Below are positions 18,875 through 29,435 of a DNA stretch of 64,000 nucleotides, one piece after another. This DNA comes from Brevinematia bacterium (GTDB taxonomy: Bacteria > Spirochaetota > Brevinematia > Brevinematales > JAOACQ01): NCBI GenBank assembly GCA_049968515.1, contig JBMFQR010000006.1:6648-70647 (forward strand), written 5' to 3'. Made by a program: the position numbers and the translations under genes. Below the pieces are notes generated by a model that did no database searches, had not been told where the DNA came from, and saw only the letters and a program-made list of their open reading frames with translations. Each line of letters starts with the position of its first letter. Within the stretch, counting starts at the first letter, position 1.

Positions 18875-20797
18875 TTGATGGAGAGTAAGATGTTTAATTA
18901 CGGTTTTATTAAAGTAGCCTGCGGTATACCCCTTTTAAAAATTGCTGATCCTATCTTCAACGTTGAAAAGCATCTTTCTTTAATAAAGAAGGCTGATGAA
19001 GAAGGGGCTTATCTGATTCTTTTCCCAGAGCTTTCATTAAGCGCATACACTTGTGGAGATCTTTTTTTAAATAGCCAGCTTATTGAAAATTGCTATCTTG
19101 CATTAAAAAATTTAGTAAAAGCCACAGAAAATCTCGAAATCCTTGTTGTGGCTGGCATTCCAGTATTGTTTGAGAATAAGCTATATAACTCCGCGGTAGC
19201 TTTTCAGAAAGGTAAAATTTTAGGTGTAGTTCCAAAGTCTTATCTGCCAAATTACAAAGAATTTTATGAGCAACGCTGGTTTACGTCTGGCAAAAATATA
19301 AAAGGAAAGTCAATAAATTTGAACGGCTTTGAAATTCCTTTCGGTACAGATATAATATTTTCTCTTAAAAAAACTTTAGAAGTCTCAATTGGCATAGAAA
19401 TCTGTGAAGACCTGTGGCACATAAATCCCCCATCCTCGTTTTATGCTGAAAATGGGGCTACAATAATCCTCAATCTCTCAGCATCAAATTCTACTGTAAC
19501 AAAAGATGAGTATAGAAGACTTCTTGTTAGAACCCAGTCTGCAAAGACAATTTCTGCCTATCTTTACTGTAACAGTGGCGTTTATGAATCTACTACTGAT
19601 ATGGTTTTTGACGGAAGTAGCTTTATCTATGAGAATGGTGTTGAGCTTGCTTCTTCAAAAAGGTTTTTGTTTGATGAACAATTAATATTTGCAGATATCG
19701 ATTTCGAGTTTCTTAATTTTGAAAGAAGCAGACTTAACACTTTTAATTCTGGGGGTGGTGAAATTAGAAGGGTTTACTTTGATGGAAGGAGAGAAGATGA
19801 AAAGCTATCAAGAAAAATAGATCCTATGCCTTTTGTCCCAAAGGATAAGGAAAAACTTGAGGAAAGAGCAAGGGAGATATTCAACTTACAGACCACAGGC
19901 TTGATAAGAAGACTGAAAAGCATAAAAAATCCCAAGGCAGTAATAGGACTTTCCGGTGGGCTGGATTCAACACTTGCTTTTCTTGTTACATTTGAGAGCC
20001 TGAAAAAGATGGGGCTGCCACCAGAAAATCTTAAAGCTATAACAATGCCGGGATTTGGTACAAGCAAAAAGACTCTCGAAAATGTAAAAAAGCTATGCAA
20101 AAATCTCGGAGTTGATCTTGAGGTAATAAGTATAAAAAAATTATCCAGAGATGTATTAAATCTAATAAAACATTCCGAAGATCTCAGGAATGTTGTATAT
20201 GAAAATACACAGGCAAGGGCAAGAACATATCTTCTTATGATGAAAGCAAATCAGATAGGTGGTATTGTGATAGGCACGGGTGATTTATCAGAGATAGCAC
20301 TTGGCTTTTGCACCTACAATGGTGACCATATAAGTATGTATAATGTAAATGCATCTGTACCCAAAACTCTTGTCAGATTTATAATTGAGGAAAAAGCAAA
20401 GGAGTATGATGAAAAGATTGCGAAAATTTTGAAGGAGATTCTTCATCAGCCTGTTTCGCCTGAGTTACTACCTCCAGAAAAAGGGGAAATATCACAGAGA
20501 ACAGAAGAAAAAATAGGACCATATGAACTGCATGACTTTTTCTTATATAACTTTGCAAGAATGGGCTTCGGGTATAAGAAGATTCTATTTCTTGCCAAGA
20601 TAGCATTTAAGGATAAATACGAAGGTAAAACAATAGAAAAATGGCTGAAGGTCTTTTTTGACAGATTTGTAAAAAATCAATGGAAAAGAGATTGTGTCCC
20701 CGGTGGACCTAAAGTGGGTAGTGTTGATCTCTCCCCGAGAAGCTCCTGGAGAATGCCAGCAGAGGTTGACCCACTGGCTTTCACTGAGACTCAATGA
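18875..20797 (+). CDS. nadE: glutamine-dependent NAD+ synthetase
   Basis: nitrilase domain FPEL, PKSYLPNY, EICEDLW; synthetase SGGLDS, ENTQARAR, GTGDLSE. Confidence 0.96.
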   Translation: MMESKMFNYGFIKVACGIPLLKIADPIFNVEKHLSLIKKADEEGAYLILFPELSLSAYTCGDLFLNSQLIENCYLALKNLVKATENLEILVVAGIPVLFENKLYNSAVAFQKGKILGVVPKSYLPNYKEFYEQRWFTSGKNIKGKSINLNGFEIPFGTDIIFSLKKTLEVSIGIEICEDLWHINPPSSFYAENGATIILNLSASNSTVTKDEYRRLLVRTQSAKTISAYLYCNSGVYESTTDMVFDGSSFIYENGVELASSKRFLFDEQLIFADIDFEFLNFERSRLNTFNSGGGEIRRVYFDGRREDEKLSRKIDPMPFVPKDKEKLEERAREIFNLQTTGLIRRLKSIKNPKAVIGLSGGLDSTLAFLVTFESLKKMGLPPENLKAITMPGFGTSKKTLENVKKLCKNLGVDLEVISIKKLSRDVLNLIKHSEDLRNVVYENTQARARTYLLMMKANQIGGIVIGTGDLSEIALGFCTYNGDHISMYNVNASVPKTLVRFIIEEKAKEYDEKIAKILKEILHQPVSPELLPPEKGEISQRTEEKIGPYELHDFFLYNFARMGFGYKKILFLAKIAFKDKYEGKTIEKWLKVFFDRFVKNQWKRDCVPGGPKVGSVDLSPRSSWRMPAEVDPLAFTETQ

Positions 20798-20854
20798 TAA
20801 AAAGGACATAGCAAGAAGAAATGGCATTTGAAACTTCGCAAAACAAAAATATGA

Positions 20855-21181
20855 TTAGGCAATATCCTTCAAATCATCAGCAATCTGGAAAAACTCATTT
20901 AAACGGAATGTTATGAAAAGATCCTTTATATCTTTATTTAAACCCACAAGGTATATTTTCCCATTTTTTTCTGATAGTCTCTTATATGCAAGAAGAAGTT
21001 TCCCTATACCGTTTGAACCTATAAAAAGCATTTCGGAAAAATCTATTATTATCTCTGTTTTCCCTTCATCAATTATTGAGGATAAAATCTCTTTAAATTC
21101 CCTCGCTGCAAGATCCGTAACGATATTTTCCTTAATCTTCAGCAAAGTTTTACCTTTATAGTTCGATGTTTCGTATTTCAT
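20855..21181 (-). CDS. STAS-domain anti-sigma factor antagonist
   Basis: IIDFSEMLFIGSNGIGKLL (phospho-Ser site); GGAGG SD precedes the ATG at 21181. Confidence 0.85.
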   Translation of the reverse strand: MKYETSNYKGKTLLKIKENIVTDLAAREFKEILSSIIDEGKTEIIIDFSEMLFIGSNGIGKLLLAYKRLSEKNGKIYLVGLNKDIKDLFITFRLNEFFQIADDLKDIA

Positions 21182-21320
21182 TTTTCTGACCTCCACATCT
21201 TTTATTCTGGTGTTATATTATACTATTTTAACACAAAAATCAAATTTTTATAATTCATAATCTGATTTGTGGTATTGTCAAAGCATAAATCGAGACATTA
21301 GATTAAAAATCATCGTGAAG

Positions 21321-21349
21321 TTGACATAAAATGAGATTTAATGTAATAT
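21321..21349 (+). promoter_or_regulatory. sigma70 promoter of the hypothetical-recG operon
   Basis: TTGACA-17 bp-TAATAT. Confidence 0.7.
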
Positions 21350-21367
21350 AGAACATAAAGTTAAAAA

Positions 21368-22852
21368 ATGGAGTTTGTTATGTCAAATTTGGTCAAGAAC
21401 CTGCCCGATAGCTTTTTGAAAAAGGTCTTAACAGATGAAAATCCAGAACTCGTAGAGAATATACTTAATCTTAAAAATTTGTTTGAAAAAGAGACAGATA
21501 AGGATAAAAAACTTGTTTATAGAGAGAGATTGTCTTCAGCTTACTGGCAGCTTTATTCAGATATAGTTATGAAACTCAGTGATACAACCCCAAAGGAGAA
21601 AAGGCTTTTTATAAGGTATGGAATCCTTGACTTAAAATATTTGACAACCGAGGATCAGAAGCTTTTATTGTCCCAGAATTTTGAGGAAAGAGATCCTGAA
21701 AATTGCATTTTCTATGTAGATGAGTGGTTTCTGGAAATAAAAAAGGGCAATCTTAAGGCAAGTATGACAGATGAGCAATCTCCAAGAAAGGCAGAAGCTC
21801 AAAAAGATGATATAATGCACACAAAACTTGAAAAAGCGGCTGATATAATAGAAATAGAGAAGAGAAATTATATAAATTCAGCAGAAAAACGCCGCATAGC
21901 AGAAGAGGCATTAATTTCAATTGTAAATTCGATTACCCACCATGGAATTGACAGCGGTCTTGGTGCGGCTGACACCTACCAGGAAGATCAGTTAAAAAAG
22001 ATGGAAGAAATAGCAGATATAATTAGGGAGCTAAGAAAGTTTGATAAGGAGATGTGCACTGCAAAAAGAGCATATTATGAAAAGTATGAAGAATATCAAA
22101 CTATCGAAAGCGAAATGCTTTCAGCAGCCGGAACACAAAAAGATATAAAGTATAATGTAGATTCAAGAACAATTGAAAGCGAGATAGGTTGTGTGAGGCA
22201 GATGATAAAGATGTGCATAGGAAGACAAGGAAACCATCTTCCCATAATTATGAGTTCACTCCTCCCGAAGGAGACAAGAAATTATAATTTTAAATTGAAT
22301 TGTTTTAATAACATAAAGAGCGTTGAAGAACTTGACCCTTCTATTTTTGAGAGGAAATTCAGACAGAATACTCACAGGATTTATCCCAACGTGTTGCTTA
22401 CTCCGGGCTATGGTAACTACGGCATATGCTGGGAGCCTTATGACAGGTACAATAAAGCCACCAGTCGTGGAAGGCTTGCCATTCCTATTTTTGCAAGAAA
22501 TCCAAAACTTGCTGTCACTGTTGCACTCGGAGATTTCAGGTGGCAGGTAGCAAAAGAAATGGCAGGTTATCACTGGATGGATGAAGGGCTGACTGCGAGG
22601 TACTATGAGTATTTGACCGCCAATAAGATAAAAGGCGATATAAAATTAAGGTTTATAAGTGATTATGTGCTGTGGATTACAAAAGAGGCAGAGGGAATAC
22701 AGAAGCTCGAATCTCAGGATCTAAGATACATATTCTGGAGATTCATACCATTCCCGGATAAGCTAAAAGAAGAGCTTTCAAAGAGAGGGTTCTATTACAA
22801 TGACCTTTACAAGAAGGAACTTTCATACAGAATGTCGCAGGGAATGGAGTAA
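21368..22852 (+). CDS. hypothetical cytoplasmic protein with central coiled coil
   Basis: 494 aa ORF with its own promoter; abuts recG (TAA-ATG); no recognised catalytic motif. Confidence 0.8.
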   Translation: MEFVMSNLVKNLPDSFLKKVLTDENPELVENILNLKNLFEKETDKDKKLVYRERLSSAYWQLYSDIVMKLSDTTPKEKRLFIRYGILDLKYLTTEDQKLLLSQNFEERDPENCIFYVDEWFLEIKKGNLKASMTDEQSPRKAEAQKDDIMHTKLEKAADIIEIEKRNYINSAEKRRIAEEALISIVNSITHHGIDSGLGAADTYQEDQLKKMEEIADIIRELRKFDKEMCTAKRAYYEKYEEYQTIESEMLSAAGTQKDIKYNVDSRTIESEIGCVRQMIKMCIGRQGNHLPIIMSSLLPKETRNYNFKLNCFNNIKSVEELDPSIFERKFRQNTHRIYPNVLLTPGYGNYGICWEPYDRYNKATSRGRLAIPIFARNPKLAVTVALGDFRWQVAKEMAGYHWMDEGLTARYYEYLTANKIKGDIKLRFISDYVLWITKEAEGIQKLESQDLRYIFWRFIPFPDKLKEELSKRGFYYNDLYKKELSYRMSQGME

Positions 22853-24925
22853 ATGTACCTTTCTGAACTGAAAAGGATCCATCTTAAAGATATAAACCTT
22901 GTTACAAAACGTCAGCTTACACTGCTTGAAAAATTAGGCATATTAACTGTTTATGATTTGTTAAATTTTTTCCCTTTTCGTTATGAGGACAGAAGCACCA
23001 TTGAATCAATTGAAACATCGCTTATACAGAAAAGACCGGTATGCACTCTTGTGACAGTAGTTGAACATCAGAGCATATTTTATAACGGCAGAAAGCATCC
23101 TAAAATACAGGTGCAGGATTCAAAGCTCAGAGCCTATCTTGTAGGCTTTAACAGACAATTTCTTTTTAACTCAATGAAGGTGGGTAAAAAATACTGGGTT
23201 TTTGCAGAGTTTGTCTTGAAATTCAATGAGGTTCAGACAAGCACTTTTGACTTTGAGGAGTTTGTAGAGGGGCAGAAACCAAAGAATTTTGGCAGCATTC
23301 TTCCGATCTACTCTGTAACAGAGGGTTTGAGTGTAAAGGAATTAAGACAGATTATAAATAAGCTGATGGAAAAATATCTTGGTGGGATTGATGATGAGCT
23401 TCCGGAATATCTTTTAAAAGCCCACAAACTCATTTCAAAAACCGAGGCACTAAAATTTATTCATTTTCCTCAAAACTCTCAGGAATTACTAAAAGCCAAG
23501 TTCAGACTCGCATTTGAGGAGCTTTTTGCCATACAGCTTGTTGTGATGATGAAAAGGAAGATGCAGACAACCATCCCCAAAAACTTTAAATACAATAATG
23601 AGGTTGTTGTAAGGGAATTTATAGCTAAACTTCCTTTTCAGCTTACCAGGGCACAGCAGAACGCACTGGGAGAGATAATCAGAGATATGAAAGGGCAGAA
23701 GGCTATGCATAGGTTGCTACAGGGTGATGTAGGAAGCGGAAAGACGGTGGTGGCATTTATAGCAATGATTTTAGCTGCTACAAATGGTTTTCAGTCAGCT
23801 ATGATGGTACCTACAGAGGTTTTAGCCTTTCAGCATTACAAAAATTTTCTAAAACTTACAGAAGGTTTAAATATTAAAGCTGCCATTCTCACAAAAAGCA
23901 TCACAGGTAGGGAGAGAAATATTATTCTCGAGGGTGTAAAAAATGGAGAAATTCAACTGTTAATTGGAACACACGCACTTTTGCAGGACGATGTAAACTT
24001 TAAGGATCTATCATTGATAATCTTTGATGAACAGCATCGTTTTGGGGTCGAACAGAGAATAATTATGGCAAAAAAAGGTAATAACCCGGACATTCTTGTA
24101 ATGACAGCAACTCCTATTCCGAGAACACTCAGCCTTACACTCTATGGTGATCTTGATATTTCAATAATTGATGAAATGCCAGCTGGAAGGATTCCAGTTA
24201 TCACAAAGTGGTTTATTAAGGAAAGGGATTATCCAAAACTTTTAAGATTTATAAGACAGGAGCTTATGAAGGGAAGACAGGCTTATTTCATATATCCACT
24301 GATTGAAGAGTCCGATAAAATCGACTTTGAAAATGCCATAGAGAATTATAAAAAACTAAGTGAGGTATTTAAAGAATATAAGGTTGGATTGCTCCATGGA
24401 AGAATGAGTTCTGATGAGAAGATAAAAATAATGGATGAATTCAAGGAAAATAAAATTCAGCTGCTTGTATCTACCACTGTAATAGAGGTGGGGGTTGATG
24501 TCCCAAATGCAAGCATAATGGTCATAGAAGGTGCTGATAGATTTGGACTTTCCCAGCTTCACCAGTTAAGGGGTAGAGTTGGCAGGGGAAAATTTCAGTC
24601 CTATTGTGCACTTGTAACAGATGGAAATGAAAGCTATGAAACCCAGAGAAGAATGGAAGTAATATGCAATTACACCGATGGATTCAAAATTGCGGAAGAG
24701 GACTTGAAACTTCGTGGACCGGGAGAGATTTTAGGGGTTAAGCAGTCTGGAATGCCGGAATTAAAGATAGCTGATTTTCTTCAGGATGAAAAATTGCTAA
24801 TTTTGGCCAGAAAAGATGCTGAAAATATTTTAAACTATGATCCTGAACTCAGCCTTGAAAAGCACAGACCTCTTAAAGAGGGAATTATAAGGTATCTTCC
24901 TGTTGATTACCTCTATTCCGGATAA
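22853..24925 (+). CDS. recG: ATP-dependent DNA helicase RecG
   Basis: RLLQGDVGSGKT, DEQHRFG, MTATPIPRTL, QLHQLRGRVGRG, DLKLRGPGE. Confidence 0.97.
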   Translation: MYLSELKRIHLKDINLVTKRQLTLLEKLGILTVYDLLNFFPFRYEDRSTIESIETSLIQKRPVCTLVTVVEHQSIFYNGRKHPKIQVQDSKLRAYLVGFNRQFLFNSMKVGKKYWVFAEFVLKFNEVQTSTFDFEEFVEGQKPKNFGSILPIYSVTEGLSVKELRQIINKLMEKYLGGIDDELPEYLLKAHKLISKTEALKFIHFPQNSQELLKAKFRLAFEELFAIQLVVMMKRKMQTTIPKNFKYNNEVVVREFIAKLPFQLTRAQQNALGEIIRDMKGQKAMHRLLQGDVGSGKTVVAFIAMILAATNGFQSAMMVPTEVLAFQHYKNFLKLTEGLNIKAAILTKSITGRERNIILEGVKNGEIQLLIGTHALLQDDVNFKDLSLIIFDEQHRFGVEQRIIMAKKGNNPDILVMTATPIPRTLSLTLYGDLDISIIDEMPAGRIPVITKWFIKERDYPKLLRFIRQELMKGRQAYFIYPLIEESDKIDFENAIENYKKLSEVFKEYKVGLLHGRMSSDEKIKIMDEFKENKIQLLVSTTVIEVGVDVPNASIMVIEGADRFGLSQLHQLRGRVGRGKFQSYCALVTDGNESYETQRRMEVICNYTDGFKIAEEDLKLRGPGEILGVKQSGMPELKIADFLQDEKLLILARKDAENILNYDPELSLEKHRPLKEGIIRYLPVDYLYSG

Positions 24926-25055
24926 GTAAAATCCCGGAGGTGAATGTACATTAATTTCTGATCACCTCACATTCGTAACCTAAAAGATATTTACATCTCT
25001 TGATAAAAAAATTAAGTTCATTTAAAATATCTATTATTTTCAAGAAGGCGGAGAA

Positions 25056-27269
25056 GTGAAAAGGCCCATCATTGGTGTTCTTATTGCACAGCTTGAAGGA
25101 AAGTATCAGTCCCCAATATTTAAGGGCATTTCCCGAAAAGCGGAGGAGCTGGATGTAAATCTTATATTTTTCAATGGGAAACTTCCCAATTCTCCCTTTA
25201 ATTTTGAAAAAAATGAGAATATTATCTATGATTTAGCCCATTCCCCATTAATTGATGGTCTTGTATTTGTTTCTGGAAACTTAAGCAACTTTTTGAGTTA
25301 TGAAGAATTTTTATCGTTTTTTAATAAATTTGACTTAAAAGCCAAGGTGAGCATTTCAATTGAAATAAAAAACTACCCTTCTATTATAATAAATAACAAA
25401 AAGGCAATGAAAGAGATGATATCCCACCTCATAGAAGAGCATAACTACAAAAAAATTGCCTTTGTTTCCGGTCCTTTAAATCACAGGGAGGCCCTGGATA
25501 GACTGGAAGGTTATAAAGAAGCATTAAGTGAGCATAATATACAACTCGATGAAAAATTAGTTTTTTATGGGGACTTTTCCATTGAAGCTGGTTATAAAGC
25601 CGTGAAAGTTTTTTTAGATGAAAGAAAAGTTTTACCTGAAGCTATAGCCTGTGCAAATGATACCATGGCTTTTTCAGCTTTATCAGAATTAAAAAGGAGG
25701 GGTTTTTTAATACCGAGAGATGTTGCAATCACCGGCTTTGATGATCAGGAGGATATACGCCTTACCGAACCGCCCATTACAACTGTGATGCAACCATTAG
25801 AAGAAGAGGGAAAACTTGCATTACAACTGGCTGTAAAAATGGTTAAAGGAGAAGAAGTCCCTAAAATTGTAGAGCTTGATTGCAAACCAGTATTAAGGCA
25901 GAGTTGCGGCTGTATTGGACTAAAAATAAAAAATCATAAGCCTCATTTCCCGGACGGAGAGTATTTAAAGCTTCTGGAATCAATAATTAATAATTACGTA
26001 GATAAAAATATTTCCTCAACTGATCAAAAAAGAAAACTTGAAAAAATAGTTAAAATTACCTTGAACCTCATCGAAAATCCACTGGAATTCTTTAAGAATC
26101 TCTCTCTCGAAATAACTGAATCAAACGGAGATGAAATATTTCTAAAGAATGTTTATGATTTTTTTGACAATTTAATTACGGGCAGCGGTGAATACTCAGA
26201 GTTGCATACTTTCTCCAGTTACTTTCAGAAGGCTTTATATCTTGTTAATTCAGCCTTTAGAAGGATTGATGGTAGAAAAAGGCTTGAACTCGAATGGATG
26301 ATGTTAAGACTTAGAGATTTAACACAGAATCTGTTTACCATTACAACCTTATCAGAGTTTAAAGAGGCTATCTACCAAATATTTTTTAATTTTAACTTCA
26401 AATTTTACTCTATGATATTTTTCAAAAAAGAGCCATTAAAATCAGAAAGAATAAAAAAAAGATTGCCTCAAAAATCGGTTATAGAATGTCAATACCAAAA
26501 ATCCCCCAAAAACACTTGCACAAATATTGAATTCAACACTTTGGAGTTACTTCCAGCCAACCTCCTTCCAGAAGAAAGATTTTCGCTCGCAGTTATGTGT
26601 GTTTATCACAGAGATAAGATTTTCGGGTATATGGCTATGGATGTTAACCCTGAAGAAAACGAAATAATGTATGTATGTCTTCAGGAAGTAATCGGCATAA
26701 GTTTAAGGATAGTAACATTATGGAAGGAACAGATAAAATCCCAGAAGAAACTTGAGAGATTTAACATTGAACTAAAAGAAATAGCAGAGAAAGATTCCCT
26801 CACAGGTATCTATAACAGGAGGGGGTTTTTTGAATATGGAGAAAAAATTATAATTTCTGCACAGGAAAAAAAGCAGAATATAACAGTATTCTTTATTGAT
26901 CTTGACAATCTAAAGCACATAAATGATAAATACGGGCATACTGAGGGTGATGAAGCCCTTAGAAACACAGCTTTTATTCTGAGAGAGTGTTTTAGAAAAA
27001 CCGATCTGATTGCCAGAGTGGGTGGTGATGAGTTTGTGGTAATTGCAGTAAATAAGAAAGGGGAGAAAAATCTTGAGGAAATTCTTACAAAAAGGCTTTA
27101 TAATCTTTTGCAAAAGTTTAACTTAACTTCAAATCAAGACTATATTCTTTCCTTCAGTGTGGGATCTTCCACTTTTGCAGGTGAAGAAATAATCTCCCTC
27201 GAAAACATAATCTCGATAGTGGATGAAAAGTTATATATAGAGAAACAGAGAAGAAAAAGTTTCAGGTAA
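25056..27269 (+). CDS. LacI-type sugar-binding domain + GGDEF diguanylate cyclase
   Basis: CANDTMA, GFDD, PPITTVMQP, RQSCGC; DSLTGIYNRRGF, RKTD I-site, GGDEF; no HTH. Confidence 0.9.
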   Translation: MKRPIIGVLIAQLEGKYQSPIFKGISRKAEELDVNLIFFNGKLPNSPFNFEKNENIIYDLAHSPLIDGLVFVSGNLSNFLSYEEFLSFFNKFDLKAKVSISIEIKNYPSIIINNKKAMKEMISHLIEEHNYKKIAFVSGPLNHREALDRLEGYKEALSEHNIQLDEKLVFYGDFSIEAGYKAVKVFLDERKVLPEAIACANDTMAFSALSELKRRGFLIPRDVAITGFDDQEDIRLTEPPITTVMQPLEEEGKLALQLAVKMVKGEEVPKIVELDCKPVLRQSCGCIGLKIKNHKPHFPDGEYLKLLESIINNYVDKNISSTDQKRKLEKIVKITLNLIENPLEFFKNLSLEITESNGDEIFLKNVYDFFDNLITGSGEYSELHTFSSYFQKALYLVNSAFRRIDGRKRLELEWMMLRLRDLTQNLFTITTLSEFKEAIYQIFFNFNFKFYSMIFFKKEPLKSERIKKRLPQKSVIECQYQKSPKNTCTNIEFNTLELLPANLLPEERFSLAVMCVYHRDKIFGYMAMDVNPEENEIMYVCLQEVIGISLRIVTLWKEQIKSQKKLERFNIELKEIAEKDSLTGIYNRRGFFEYGEKIIISAQEKKQNITVFFIDLDNLKHINDKYGHTEGDEALRNTAFILRECFRKTDLIARVGGDEFVVIAVNKKGEKNLEEILTKRLYNLLQKFNLTSNQDYILSFSVGSSTFAGEEIISLENIISIVDEKLYIEKQRRKSFR

Positions 27270-27328
27270 ACTTTTTGCCAAAAATTTTTACTAAATTTAT
27301 AATAGTTAAGTCCTGAATCACTGGGGAA

Positions 27329-27853
27329 TTGGAGAATATTGTGAAAAAGTTATGTTTACTTTTGTCGATACTGATTATTTCTTATTGCTTTGCTTTTTCG
27401 GATGAAGAGAATTTTATTTCATTCGGTTTTGATAGTGGATACTTAATTGATGGTTATATGAAGGGTGGGTGGGGTGCAGGTGGAATTTTTGAAATAAGGC
27501 TACTTGAAAAATTTTCTTTTATTGCTGATGCAGGATATATTGAATACAGAGAAATAAATAATAATCTAACAAACTTTATAACTACAGTAACTATTCAGGG
27601 AATTGTCAGATGGTATCCTTTTGGAGGAATTACGGGTGTTTATGCAGGGGCTGGTTTTGGGACATTTTATTCCACAGTTAGCGATGAGAAGGTGCTTGGA
27701 TATATGATTCCGCTCGAAACTGGTATAAAACTTACTTTTTTTGGGTCAAAAGGAATATTCCTTGAGCCAGATATTGCTATTCTGCTAAAGTATGGTAACT
27801 CAAGATTCCTTATTGGAATGAAATACGGCTTGAATATAGGCTTTACATTTTAG
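27329..27853 (+). CDS. small outer-membrane beta-barrel protein
   Basis: signal peptide, alternating Gly/aromatic strands, C-terminal GLNIGFTF. Confidence 0.65.
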   Translation: MENIVKKLCLLLSILIISYCFAFSDEENFISFGFDSGYLIDGYMKGGWGAGGIFEIRLLEKFSFIADAGYIEYREINNNLTNFITTVTIQGIVRWYPFGGITGVYAGAGFGTFYSTVSDEKVLGYMIPLETGIKLTFFGSKGIFLEPDIAILLKYGNSRFLIGMKYGLNIGFTF

Positions 27854-27870
27854 TTTTTTCGGGAGTAATT

Positions 27871-29430
27871 GTGTCAGTTTATAAGTCGAAAATAGGCAAA
27901 AATTTTTTGATATGGCTAATCTGGTCTCTACTTTATGGGCTATCCTTTCCCACATATAACCTAAGTTTTTTAATATGGTTTGCTTTTGTACCAGTTATTG
28001 TATTTACCTATGAAAACCCTTTATGGAAAACGACAGTATATTCTTTTTCTTTCAGCTTTATCTTTTTTATTCTGACACTTTACTGGATATATGGCTTCTG
28101 GTTACCAGCTCCATTCCTTATGTTTCCTATTTATGCCCTGTATTATTCATTTGCCTTTCTTTCTGCTGGAATTATAGCGAAAAAGTTTCCGAAAATAAGG
28201 CTTTTCTCTTTCCCGTTAAGCTGGACATCAATGGAATTACTAAGAAGCACGGGTTTTCATGGCTTTCAGTGGAATATTTTAGCTCATTCCCAGTGGAATA
28301 TTTTATCTCTCATACAGAGTGTAGATATTTTTGGTCCCTACGGAATAGGTTTCTTAATATTGGTTATAAATGCCACAATTGCAGAAATATTTATTACTTA
28401 TATGGAAGAAAAGAAAATATCTTTTGCACTCAAAAAGCATAAAGCAATTATTATTCTTTCTTCTACAATATTTTTATTGAATTTTATATATGGGATTTTT
28501 TCAAGTCTTCATTACAAAAATATTATTAAGAAATCGCCTGTCGAAAGAGTGGCTTTACTACAACCCAATACTCCTTCAAGAGGTCCCTGGTGGAGTAAGA
28601 GATGGGAAAACTATGGCATTTTCTGGAGACTTCATGCCGAGGCAATGCTTAAAGAACCTGAATTCATAATCTGGTCAGAAACAATGATTAAAAACTATAT
28701 CTGGTATTATCTTAATAGATTTTCTCCGGAAGATGAGGTTTGCAAATTTAATATCAGATTTGTCAAAATGCCAAAAGAATTCGGAATTCCGATTCTTCTG
28801 ACAAGCCCGGATACAGTTGATGAAATAAGTAATTACAACACTGCGGATTATATTGACCCCGAAAGTGAGAAGATTCAAAGAAATGCAAAAATACATTTAG
28901 TTCCTTTCGGTGAATGGCTGCCGGGCTACGACAGAGTACCCTTTGTCAGAAAGCTAATGGAGATCGAGGGTGCAGGTTCTTTTGTGCCTTCAAAGGAATT
29001 CAATGTCATACAAGGAAGGAAGTCAAGATTCAGAGTTTTGATATGTTATGAGGATATGTTTTCTTCACTTGCCAGAAAGTTTATACCAAAAGGGGTTAAT
29101 TACTTTATAAATGGAACAAACGATGGGTGGGCTTATAAACTCGGCTTCAAGCATCCTATGTACCAGCATCTTGCCGGTGCCATAATTACAGCTATATCGG
29201 TGAGAAGACCAATAGCAAGGGCTGCAAATACTGGCATTACAGGTATAATTCTTCCAGATGGGAGACTTGATGGAAATATTGGCACCTACAACAGAGGATT
29301 CTTTGTCGGAAATGTCCCCCTCATAAACGAAAAAATAGTCACATTTTATGTCAGAGCAGGTTTCATTTTTCCCTATCTAATTTTTTTATTCTATGTTATA
29401 ATATACGGGTGCGCAATTTTTAAAAAATAA
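27871..29430 (+). CDS. lnt: apolipoprotein N-acyltransferase
   Basis: multi-TM N-terminus; triad motifs WSET, KIHLVPFGE, ICYED; RAANTGIT. Confidence 0.93.
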   Translation: MSVYKSKIGKNFLIWLIWSLLYGLSFPTYNLSFLIWFAFVPVIVFTYENPLWKTTVYSFSFSFIFFILTLYWIYGFWLPAPFLMFPIYALYYSFAFLSAGIIAKKFPKIRLFSFPLSWTSMELLRSTGFHGFQWNILAHSQWNILSLIQSVDIFGPYGIGFLILVINATIAEIFITYMEEKKISFALKKHKAIIILSSTIFLLNFIYGIFSSLHYKNIIKKSPVERVALLQPNTPSRGPWWSKRWENYGIFWRLHAEAMLKEPEFIIWSETMIKNYIWYYLNRFSPEDEVCKFNIRFVKMPKEFGIPILLTSPDTVDEISNYNTADYIDPESEKIQRNAKIHLVPFGEWLPGYDRVPFVRKLMEIEGAGSFVPSKEFNVIQGRKSRFRVLICYEDMFSSLARKFIPKGVNYFINGTNDGWAYKLGFKHPMYQHLAGAIITAISVRRPIARAANTGITGIILPDGRLDGNIGTYNRGFFVGNVPLINEKIVTFYVRAGFIFPYLIFLFYVIIYGCAIFKK

Positions 29431-29435
29431 CTTCT

